Positions 12,834-19,875 of a stretch of DNA of 64,000 bases are shown piece by piece (position 1 is the first letter of the stretch; every line of letters begins with the position of its first letter). The position numbers were made by a program, and so were the translations under genes. The notes under the pieces were generated by a model, which saw nothing but the letters and a program-made list of their open reading frames with translations, was not told the DNA's origin and searched no databases. The stretch covers positions 7,786-71,785 of the forward strand of contig JBAWEP010000071.1 in the NCBI GenBank assembly GCA_049591255.1, in the 5' to 3' direction. This DNA is from Gaiellaceae bacterium. GTDB lineage: Bacteria > Actinomycetota > Thermoleophilia > Gaiellales > Gaiellaceae.

Positions 12834-13394
12834 TCAGACCGCCCCTCGCTTACCCCACTTCCCCCAGCTCACGAGCTCGTCAAGGCACTTCCTCGTCCGC
12901 GCCCCCAGCTTGTCCGCGGCAGCCTCGTCGTAACTGGGCTCGGCCGGATAGGCCAGCGGCGTCGTGATCACAACCCGGTACTCGTCGGGGATCGCGAGGA
13001 TCCTCTTCACCTCGCTCTCGTCGAAGGAGAGAATCGGGTGAGTGCAGAGACCGAGGTCGGTGGCGGCCAGCAGCATGTTCTCGACCGCCAGGCCACAGTC
13101 GAAGAGATAGAAGGGCCTGCCCTCGCGCGTCACGTCGTCCTGCTCGCGGGCGCAGACCGCGATGATCACCGGCGCGTCCTTGACCTCCTGATTCGTCTCG
13201 TTGAAGGCCGTCGCCAGCTCGTCTACCTGCTCGTCGCCCTGTACAACGACGAAGCGCCAGGGCTGGAGGTTGCGCGCCGAGGGCCCGAGCCGCGCCGCCT
13301 CCAGCACCTGCTCGAGCTTCTCGGGCTCGATCGGGCGCTTGGACATGTGCAGCTTCAGGCTGCAGCGCTTGCTTATCGCTTCGAGCGTTTGCAC
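12834..13394 (-). CDS. nitroreductase family protein
   Basis: GTG start. ..PSARNLQPWRFVVV.. is the nitroreductase signature. 186 aa. Confidence 0.88.
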   Translation of the reverse strand: MQTLEAISKRCSLKLHMSKRPIEPEKLEQVLEAARLGPSARNLQPWRFVVVQGDEQVDELATAFNETNQEVKDAPVIIAVCAREQDDVTREGRPFYLFDCGLAVENMLLAATDLGLCTHPILSFDESEVKRILAIPDEYRVVITTPLAYPAEPSYDEAAADKLGARTRKCLDELVSWGKWGKRGAV

Positions 13395-13423
13395 TTTCGC
13401 GGTTTCCTTTCGTCTCGCTCGCC

Positions 13424-13488
13424 GGCCGGGAGGCCGCCACTCCTCCCTCCCCGCTGCTGAGCCTAACGGGAAAACGCGCGCGCGTCAG
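13424..13488 (-). promoter_or_regulatory. candidate sigma70-type promoter plus conserved 5' leader hairpin (module A)
   Basis: Minus strand reads CTGACG (13483-13488), a 17-nt spacer, then TAGGCT (13460-13465). A 30-nt block cGGGGAGGGAGGAGUGGCGGCCUCCCGGCC follows. It is near-identical to module B at 19789-19854 and lies about 60 nt upstream of the nitroreductase start. Confidence 0.5.
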
Positions 13489-13568
13489 TAACGGCTCGAG
13501 TCGCACACGTAACGAAAGCACGCCAAAACCGTCGAGCTTCCCCGACGCTGCAGCAACCCGAATTGGAG

Positions 13569-13994
13569 CTACTTACCGAGCGCCTGCTCGAGATCCATCG
13601 CGTGCTCCTGCTCGATCGCGAGGATGCCTCGCAGCTGCTGAGCCAGGTGATACAGATCCAGCTCTTCCGCCTGTCTGACGCGGGCACTGTACCTCGCAAT
13701 TGCGTCGTTCTCGCCCGCCAGATCCTGCTCGAGCATCGTCACGTTCTCCGGCGATATCGCCGGAACCGGCATCTCCACCGTCGGGACCCCGCCCAGGTAA
13801 TCGATCTGGTCGGCCAGAATCACCGCGTGGGCCAGCTCCTCCTGAGCGTGAATGATCAGTTCCTTCTGAATCGACTGGTACATCGCGCCGCTCAGCACCG
13901 CCTGGTGCTGCGTGTACTGCACGCAGGCCGTGTACTCCAGCCCGAGATCCTTGTTCAGTAACTCTACGAGCTGCTCTTTGGTCACTTCCGTCAT
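13569..13994 (-). CDS. ferritin-like / bacterioferritin-family protein
   Basis: 141 aa four-helix pattern with di-iron ligand-like motifs (LEYTACVQY, EELAHA, DLAGENDAIARY, EQEHAMDLE). Confidence 0.8.
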   Translation of the reverse strand: MTEVTKEQLVELLNKDLGLEYTACVQYTQHQAVLSGAMYQSIQKELIIHAQEELAHAVILADQIDYLGGVPTVEMPVPAISPENVTMLEQDLAGENDAIARYSARVRQAEELDLYHLAQQLRGILAIEQEHAMDLEQALGK

Positions 13995-14205
13995 CGATCT
14001 CTCCTCCTGTGGCTCCGCTTCCCCGCGACTTCGCGCCGGCTGCGTCGGTCGGCGAAGAAGGGTCTCCGCGACTGCTATCTGATTGTCCGCTCGGGGCAGG
14101 TGCTCAAACTCAGCCTACGACAGTGACCGGAAATCGCCTAGTCGTCGATCGCCGAGTAGCGAGCGTTCAGAAGTCGCGGCAGGTGGGCGGCTGATTCGGT
14201 GACGA

Positions 14206-15225
14206 TCAGCGGAATGGAATCAGCGGAATCTCGTGGCCGATCGGAACTATGGTCTCCTCCACACCGCCACTCGGCGAGACGTCGCTGATCGTCACCTCCG
14301 GTTGGCCCGCCTTCCAACTGATCGTTCGCTCGGTGCCGCCCGGAAGCCTCGCCGTCCAACTTCCACCATCGGCTCTGACGGGGAGCTCACCTTTGTACTT
14401 ACCAATGGGCTTGAGCCCATATCTCGCTGCGTCGCCGGGTGCGAGCGAGGCATAGTCTCGCGGTAGCGAAACGCCGTCGAAGTAGGTTTCGTTGAAGGTC
14501 GGGAAGATGATCACGCGGTTCCCCGGAGGAAGATCGACCGTGACTGCCTTCTCGAGAGAACGTACTTGCGAACCGACAGAGTCGGGAATCAGCGGGACGA
14601 CTTCACCGGCGTGTAACGGCTTGCTCGTTGTTCTACCGCCGTACGTGTCGTTCACGACAACGCTCGCATCGACGTTCTTCCAGACGATCTTTCGCTTCCC
14701 TCCACCGGATAGATCAACCGTCCACGTACACCCCACGATCCGATGATTCGAACGGATTCTTGGGTCGATCGGTTTCGTCAGGTCGAGAGGAAGCTCGTCG
14801 CCGTTCTCGATGAGTAGGTTGAGCGACCCGTACTTTACGAAGGCGAGGACGCTCCCGTCGGCAGGCACGATGTTGACGTCGGAGCCATCGGGAAGCACAA
14901 AGCTGACACCCATCGACGGCAGGATCGTCACCTGTTTATGAGTCCCGGTCTTCGTCACGCAGTGGTTACGAGGACCACTGCACTCCAGCCAGCGATCGTT
15001 GACGACCGTCGTCCCCTGGCGGTCGATGTCGGCTCTGGTCATGTCCGCTCCCGGCCAGACTGCCTTGGCGGCCGCGAAGGCGCCGCCGGCAAGTAGCGCC
15101 GCCCCGAGGATGATCCCGGCCACGATCATCCGCCTTCTCTGCCGGGCTCGATGCTTACGAGCCGCCTCATAGAGGTCGTAACGCAACTGGCGCAGGAATG
15201 CTTTGGTCGCGGTGTCGATCGTCAT
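14206..15225 (-). CDS. single-pass membrane protein coupled to an ECF sigma (putative anti-sigma/sensor, non-ZAS)
   Basis: ATG at 15225 overlaps the sigma-factor stop (ATGA). About 30-aa cytoplasmic segment, one TM (IVAGIILGAALLAGGAFAAA), then a roughly 285-aa beta-rich ectodomain. No HxxxCxxC motif. Confidence 0.65.
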   Translation of the reverse strand: MTIDTATKAFLRQLRYDLYEAARKHRARQRRRMIVAGIILGAALLAGGAFAAAKAVWPGADMTRADIDRQGTTVVNDRWLECSGPRNHCVTKTGTHKQVTILPSMGVSFVLPDGSDVNIVPADGSVLAFVKYGSLNLLIENGDELPLDLTKPIDPRIRSNHRIVGCTWTVDLSGGGKRKIVWKNVDASVVVNDTYGGRTTSKPLHAGEVVPLIPDSVGSQVRSLEKAVTVDLPPGNRVIIFPTFNETYFDGVSLPRDYASLAPGDAARYGLKPIGKYKGELPVRADGGSWTARLPGGTERTISWKAGQPEVTISDVSPSGGVEETIVPIGHEIPLIPFR

Positions 15226-15794
15226 GAGACCCCTTCCTCCTCCCGAAACTGGTTTCGAAGACTTCGGAGCGCGCGAGAGACTCGCGTTCGTGCGGCTCCG
15301 GAGGTGCATTCGAGCTTGGCGGCAATCTCCTCGTAGGAGAGGCCGTCGATCACGCGCAGATCGACGGCCTGGCGTTGTTCAGGCGGAAGGGAGTCGATCC
15401 CGTCGCGCAGCTGCCCTTGAAGCGGCTCGATGCTGACTCGGTTGTCGATCGACTCGAATGGATCCTCGTCGCGAATCGGCATTCCGAGCCGCTGCCTTGC
15501 TCTCGCCTCGCGGCGTCCTTTCTCCCGCTGCCGCGCGAGCAAGCGGTGCGCGATCCGGTACAACCATGCTCGAGCCGAGCCTTCTTTCTCGCCGCGGAAC
15601 CGACGCAACGAACGAAGCGCCTGCGCGAACGTCTCGGCCGTCAGATCCGCGGCGATCGCCGGATTCAGCGTTTCCTGCCGTAACCATCCAAGCAAGCGGA
15701 GTGCTTGGCGATCGTAGAAAACGCAGAACGCCTCGGGATCTCGCCGAGCCCGCCGGAGCAGCTCCTCGTCGGTCAGTGTCTCGAACGCCTTCAC
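15222..15794 (-). CDS. ECF-type RNA polymerase sigma-70 factor
   Basis: 190 aa with region 2 (..AETFAQALRSLRRFRG..AWLYRIAHR) and region 4 HTH (LSYEEIAAKLECTSGAARTRVSRAL). GTG start. Confidence 0.88.
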   Translation of the reverse strand: MKAFETLTDEELLRRARRDPEAFCVFYDRQALRLLGWLRQETLNPAIAADLTAETFAQALRSLRRFRGEKEGSARAWLYRIAHRLLARQREKGRREARARQRLGMPIRDEDPFESIDNRVSIEPLQGQLRDGIDSLPPEQRQAVDLRVIDGLSYEEIAAKLECTSGAARTRVSRALRSLRNQFREEEGVS

Positions 15795-15852
15795 CTACAC
15801 CTCAAGTGTCGTCAGGCGGGAAAGTGTGTCAGGCAGCGTCCCGGCCCGGCCA

Positions 15853-16416
15853 CTACTGCGACTGCCGGATCAGCGCCATGAACTCCGCCCTGGTCGCCTC
15901 GGAGGCGCGGAACGAGCCGAGCACCGAGGAGGTGACCATCATCGAGTCGGTCTTCTCAACGCCGCGCATGGCCATGCAGAGGTGGCGGGCGTGGATGGTG
16001 ACGCCGACGCCGCGGGGCGCGATCGCCTCGTCGATGGCGTGGGCGATCTGCTCGGTCAAGCGCTCCTGAATCTGCAGGCGGCGAGCGTACATGTCCACCA
16101 GGCGGGCGATCTTGGAGACGCCGATCACCTTGCCGCTCGGGATGTAGCCCACGTGACAGCGCCCGAAGAAGGGCAGCATGTGGTGCTCGCAGATGCTGTA
16201 GAAGTCGAGGTCTCGGGCGATGATCATCTGGTCGGCCTCGTGCGCGAAGACGGCCTCGTTGATTAGCTCCTTCGTATCGGCGTGGTAGCCGGAGGTGAGG
16301 AACTCGTAGGCGGCGGCGACGCGCGCCGGCGTCCGCTCCAGGCCCTCTCGGTCGGGATCTTCGCCGAGCTCGATCAGAAGCTCGCGGATCAGCTCTTGCA
16401 CTCTCTCCTTGTTCAT
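15853..16416 (-). CDS. folE: GTP cyclohydrolase I
   Basis: Start trimmed to MNKERVQEL.. (187 aa). Has the conserved [15 protein letters not shown] core. ATGA overlap with the folK stop. Confidence 0.95.
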   Translation of the reverse strand: MNKERVQELIRELLIELGEDPDREGLERTPARVAAAYEFLTSGYHADTKELINEAVFAHEADQMIIARDLDFYSICEHHMLPFFGRCHVGYIPSGKVIGVSKIARLVDMYARRLQIQERLTEQIAHAIDEAIAPRGVGVTIHARHLCMAMRGVEKTDSMMVTSSVLGSFRASEATRAEFMALIRQSQ

Positions 16417-16946
16417 CCGCTTTCCTTCCCCGAGCCCTCTACCCGCCGCAGGCGGGCGTTGAACGATTCCGCCGGCACCATCTCGCTGGACGATAGCCCG
16501 GCGGCAAGCTCGCTGAGCGGACGATCCGTTCCCGGCAGCACCAGCTTGGGCTCGAGCTCGAGCAGAGGCAGGGCGACGAAGGCGCGCTCGAGGATCTCGG
16601 CGGCCGGCAGCTCCAGCCCGTCCTCGCTGCAAACGAGCTCGCCGTGAAGGACGAGGTCGAGGTCGATCGTGCGCGGGGCGTTTCTCTCGGCGCCGCGCTC
16701 GCGGCCGAGCTCGTCTTCCACCTCGAGCAGAACGAGCCGCTTCAGCTCGCGCGGCTCCAGCTCGCTCTCGATCTCGACGACGCCGTTCAGGAAGTCCGGG
16801 CTGCCCGGCGCGCCCAGCGCAGGTGTCCGGTAAAAACGGGAGACGGCGACGATTCGCACGCGCCGGCCGAGCAGCTCCAGCGCGCTCGACACATTGCGTT
16901 CGGCGTCGATATTGGAGCCGGCAGCGATAAAGGATCGCACGCTCAC
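16413..16946 (-). CDS. folK: 2-amino-4-hydroxy-6-hydroxymethyldihydropteridine pyrophosphokinase
   Basis: GTG at 16946 overlaps the folB stop (GTGA). HPPK-like ..[25 protein letters not shown].. pattern. Confidence 0.85.
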   Translation of the reverse strand: MSVRSFIAAGSNIDAERNVSSALELLGRRVRIVAVSRFYRTPALGAPGSPDFLNGVVEIESELEPRELKRLVLLEVEDELGRERGAERNAPRTIDLDLVLHGELVCSEDGLELPAAEILERAFVALPLLELEPKLVLPGTDRPLSELAAGLSSSEMVPAESFNARLRRVEGSGKESG

Positions 16947-17296
16947 TTGTGCCGGCTGATCTCGACCGCCACGGTGCGCGCAAAGCGAAGCGCGCCCGGC
17001 TTCTCGACCCGCACCTGCACCTCTTCCACCCGCTCGTCCTCCAGGCAGATCTCGGCCACTCGCTCGGCCAGCGCCTCGATCAGGTGGAAGTGCGAGGCCT
17101 CGGCCTCGATCAGCACTCTCTTCTTCAGCGCGCGGTAGTCGAGCGCATCCTCGATCTGGTCGCTCTTTCCGGCCGGCGTCAGGTCGGCCGAGAGGGTGAG
17201 CGAGACGAGCACATCCTGCGGCTCGCGCCGCTCCCACTCCTCGACGCCGATCACGCAGCGGCAGACGAGGTCGCTAACGACGATCCGGTCCATCAC
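16943..17296 (-). CDS. folB: dihydroneopterin aldolase
   Basis: 117 aa. ..[31 protein letters not shown].. is typical of the FolB tunnelling fold. Confidence 0.88.
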   Translation of the reverse strand: MMDRIVVSDLVCRCVIGVEEWERREPQDVLVSLTLSADLTPAGKSDQIEDALDYRALKKRVLIEAEASHFHLIEALAERVAEICLEDERVEEVQVRVEKPGALRFARTVAVEISRHK

Positions 17297-17348
17297 CTGA
17301 ATACTCCCTTGGAAAAGGAGCTAGCGCAACCAAGAACTCCGCCGCCCG

Positions 17349-17421
17349 GCCGCGCTCGGCGGCGCGAGGACGTTGTCCTCGGTCGCGCCCGTAGCCGCCG
17401 GCTACGAACGCGACGCTGCGT
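17349..17421 (-). repeat. structured repeat element, copy Y (inverted relative to copy X at 22996-23083)
   Basis: Read on the minus strand, it shares GTAGCCGGCGGCTACGGGCGCGACCG and CCTCGCGCCGCCGAGCGCGGC with copy X. Each block forms part of a GC-rich hairpin. It lies in the 166-nt SDR-folB spacer. Confidence 0.6.
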
Positions 17422-17462
17422 CCTAGCCTCGCATCCACCGATCACACTCAGTCGACGGGTCT

Positions 17463-18212
17463 TCATTCCGCTAGCTCCTTTAGATTGCGCCCGCCGTCCA
17501 CATAGATCGTCTGGCCGGTGATGAACTCGCTCGTGGCGAGGAAGACGGCGGCGGCGGCGATGTCCTCGGGGGAGCCGCGGCGCTTGAGCGGGACGGTCTG
17601 CGCCAGGCGGTCGACGTATCCCTCGTCTTTACCGGCCGGCGGCAGGATCAGCCCGGGCGCGATGCCGTTGACCGCGATCCCGGGCGCCAGCTCGAGCGCG
17701 GCCATTCGCGTGATGGCACTCAGGACGTGCTTGCTGAAGATGTAGGCGGTATGCGTGTGATCGAAGCCCGAGACGCGCGAGTCGATCAGGTTGATCACAT
17801 GGCCGCGCTCGCTCTGGGCGGCGAATGCGCGCGTGAGCACGAGCGGCGCCCAGGCGTTGATCTCGAGATTTCGCTCCAGGCTCGCCAGATCGACCGTCGC
17901 GAGCGTGTCGGAGGGGAAGATGGAGGCGTTGTTGACCAGGATCTCGATCGTCCCGAGTGCCTCACCGGCGCGGCCGACCAGCCCTGCCAGCTCATCCGGG
18001 TCGGAGAGATCGGCGCGGAGCGAGACGGCCCGCACGCCAAGGCCTTCGATCTCCGCCACCAGCGCCTCGATTTCGCCGCGGGAGCTCTGATAGTGGACGG
18101 CGACGTTCGCGCCCTCCCGCGCGAGCGCCAGCGATATCGCGCGACCGATGCGTCTGGCCGCGCCCGTGACGAGCGCGCCTTTGCCTTGCAGCCTCTTCGC
18201 AGCGACTTCCAT
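17463..18212 (-). CDS. SDR-family oxidoreductase (pteridine/dihydropteridine reductase-like by context)
   Basis: TGAARRIG Rossmann motif, NNAS, and a YxxxK-type catalytic segment (YIFSKHV). 249 aa. Neighbours are pterin genes. Confidence 0.8.
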   Translation of the reverse strand: MEVAAKRLQGKGALVTGAARRIGRAISLALAREGANVAVHYQSSRGEIEALVAEIEGLGVRAVSLRADLSDPDELAGLVGRAGEALGTIEILVNNASIFPSDTLATVDLASLERNLEINAWAPLVLTRAFAAQSERGHVINLIDSRVSGFDHTHTAYIFSKHVLSAITRMAALELAPGIAVNGIAPGLILPPAGKDEGYVDRLAQTVPLKRRGSPEDIAAAAVFLATSEFITGQTIYVDGGRNLKELAE

Positions 18213-18222
18213 GCTGCAGGAA

Positions 18223-18519
18223 TCAGATCAGACGATCTATGGCCTGCGCAAGCTGAAAGTCTTTTTGCGTCAATCCACCGACCTTGTGCGTGGAGAGAAC
18301 GAGGGTCACGTAGTTGATCGAGATGTAGATGTCGGGGTGATGAGCCTGCTCCTCTGCGAGGTCGACGACCTTCTCCGCGAATGCCATCGACTCGCGGATG
18401 TTCTCGAACCTGAACTCGCGCGATATGACGTCATCGCCGCGCGTCCAGTCGGGAACGGAGGGCATCAGCTCGTCGATCTCCCGATCCGAGAGCAACTCGA
18501 CCTGTGCCTGTTTGTTCAT
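18223..18519 (-). CDS. pterin-4a-carbinolamine dehydratase
   Basis: 98 aa with ..EEQAHHPDI.. (HHPD motif) and the ..LSTHKVGGLT.. pattern of PCD/DCoH. Confidence 0.9.
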   Translation of the reverse strand: MNKQAQVELLSDREIDELMPSVPDWTRGDDVISREFRFENIRESMAFAEKVVDLAEEQAHHPDIYISINYVTLVLSTHKVGGLTQKDFQLAQAIDRLI

Positions 18520-18541
18520 ATCTCCCGCCTCTCTTTGCGTC

Positions 18542-19759
18542 CTAGGCGTGGACGGCGCCGTGCAGGTCGCGCTCGCTCACGTGCGCGCCGGCCCGGATCA
18601 GCGCCCGCGCCTCGTCCAGCTTTCCCCAGACGTTGCAGAGCATCACGCCGCGAACCCGCTCGTCTTCCAGGTAGTAGACAACGCCGGTCTCGTTCTCGGT
18701 CTGCCAGTCGGAGTAGGTCTCGAGCGAGGAGGAGACTTCTCCGACCGCCTCGTAGCCGAAATCGAACAGATCGGAGAAGAAGTAGGGCATGTACTCGAAC
18801 GGCTCCGCCGCTCCGGCCATGTTGCGTCCCGCCGCCTTGCCCTGCGAAATAGCGTTGTCCCAGTGCTCGACACGCATCCTCTTGCCGAGCGCCGCGTAGG
18901 GGAAGTTGGCGTTGTCGCCCGCGGCGAAGATGCCGGGAACCGAGCTCTCGAGCAGCTCGCTCACCGTGATGCCGTTGTCCACGTCGAGCCCGGCCGAGGT
19001 GGCGAGCGCGACCTCGGGAGCGATCCCGGCTCCAACCACGATCGCGTCGCAGGCCAGATGCTCGCCCTCGCGCGTCTCGATCGCCAGCCAGCCGCCCCGC
19101 GGCGCGAACGAGATCGGGATGTCCTCGTTCAAGATGCGAATCCCGCGCTGCTCGTACTGTTCCTGAATCGAGCGGGCGAGCGCCTCCGGGAAGACGCGCT
19201 CCAGCATCAGCTTGCCGGGGAAGATCATCGTCACGTGCGCCTCGTGCATGCTCAGCGCCGCCGCGATCTCCGAGCCGATGAAGCCGCCGCCGACGACGAG
19301 AAACGATTTGCCCTCCGGGGCGCGACTCAGCTCGACGTAATCGTCGAGCGTGCGGTAGTAGATGACGCCTTCGCTCTCGGCGCCCGGGATGCGCAGGCGG
19401 CGCGGTGTACCGCCGGTGGCGAGGAGCAGCTTCCCATAGCGCTCGCTCCGACCCTCGTGGGTGAGGATCATCTTCTCGTCCGGGCTGATCTCGATCACGC
19501 GCTCGCCGCTCACCAGATCGACGCCCGCGCGCTCGAAGTAGGCGCGATCGTGGACGAAGATGTCGGAGATCTCGTTCTTGCCCGTCCAGAGCTGCTTGCT
19601 CAGAGGCGGGCGGTCATATGGGAGGTGAGACTCGGCGGAGATCATCAGGATCGAGCCCGACTCGTCGAGCTCGCGGATGCCTTCCACCGCCGCGGCGCCC
19701 GCGCGGCCGCCACCAACTATCACGTAGTCGTGCACGGTGGGAGTTGTTCCCGACCACAC
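18542..19759 (-). CDS. NAD(P)/FAD-dependent oxidoreductase (pyridine nucleotide-disulfide oxidoreductase / ferredoxin-reductase-like)
   Basis: Two GxGxxG dinucleotide folds (VIVGGGRAGAA; VVGGGFIGSE) and a ..AAGDNA.. FAD motif. Start is GTG at 19759 or the in-frame GTG 8 codons downstream. Confidence 0.85.
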   Translation of the reverse strand: MWSGTTPTVHDYVIVGGGRAGAAAVEGIRELDESGSILMISAESHLPYDRPPLSKQLWTGKNEISDIFVHDRAYFERAGVDLVSGERVIEISPDEKMILTHEGRSERYGKLLLATGGTPRRLRIPGAESEGVIYYRTLDDYVELSRAPEGKSFLVVGGGFIGSEIAAALSMHEAHVTMIFPGKLMLERVFPEALARSIQEQYEQRGIRILNEDIPISFAPRGGWLAIETREGEHLACDAIVVGAGIAPEVALATSAGLDVDNGITVSELLESSVPGIFAAGDNANFPYAALGKRMRVEHWDNAISQGKAAGRNMAGAAEPFEYMPYFFSDLFDFGYEAVGEVSSSLETYSDWQTENETGVVYYLEDERVRGVMLCNVWGKLDEARALIRAGAHVSERDLHGAVHA

Positions 19760-19788
19760 GGGACTTACACACGTCCTCGGCGATCGCC

Positions 19789-19854
19789 GGGCCGGGAGGC
19801 CGCCACTCCTCCCTCCCCGGTGTCGATCCTATTCGGGAAAGACGCGCGTGTCAG
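19789..19854 (-). promoter_or_regulatory. candidate sigma70-type promoter plus conserved 5' leader hairpin (module B)
   Basis: Minus strand reads CTGACA (19849-19854), a 17-nt spacer, then TAGGAT (19826-19831), followed by the same 30-nt block as module A. It lies about 60 nt upstream of the FAD-oxidoreductase GTG. Confidence 0.5.
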
Positions 19855-19875
19855 TGACGGACCTGAGAACGAAGC

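Noticed and set aside
13424-13492. Leader modules A and B considered as ZTP (pfl) or THF-type riboswitches because of the folate/pterin context and a ..ACCGGGGAG.. string.
   Set aside because: Only that short string resembles the ZTP core. I could not find the P1/P2 pairing, the GACUGGCG junction or the CCGCCUGGGC 3' subdomain. The upstream half is better explained as -35/-10 promoter boxes. It is left as an unclassified leader.
15795-15852. CTGACA...TTTCCCG string upstream of the first ECF sigma gene, resembling the -35/spacer of modules A and B.
   Set aside because: TTTCCCG is at a different distance from CTGACA, no TAnnnT -10 follows at 17 nt, and the 30-nt leader block is absent. This is probably chance similarity in a 58-nt spacer.
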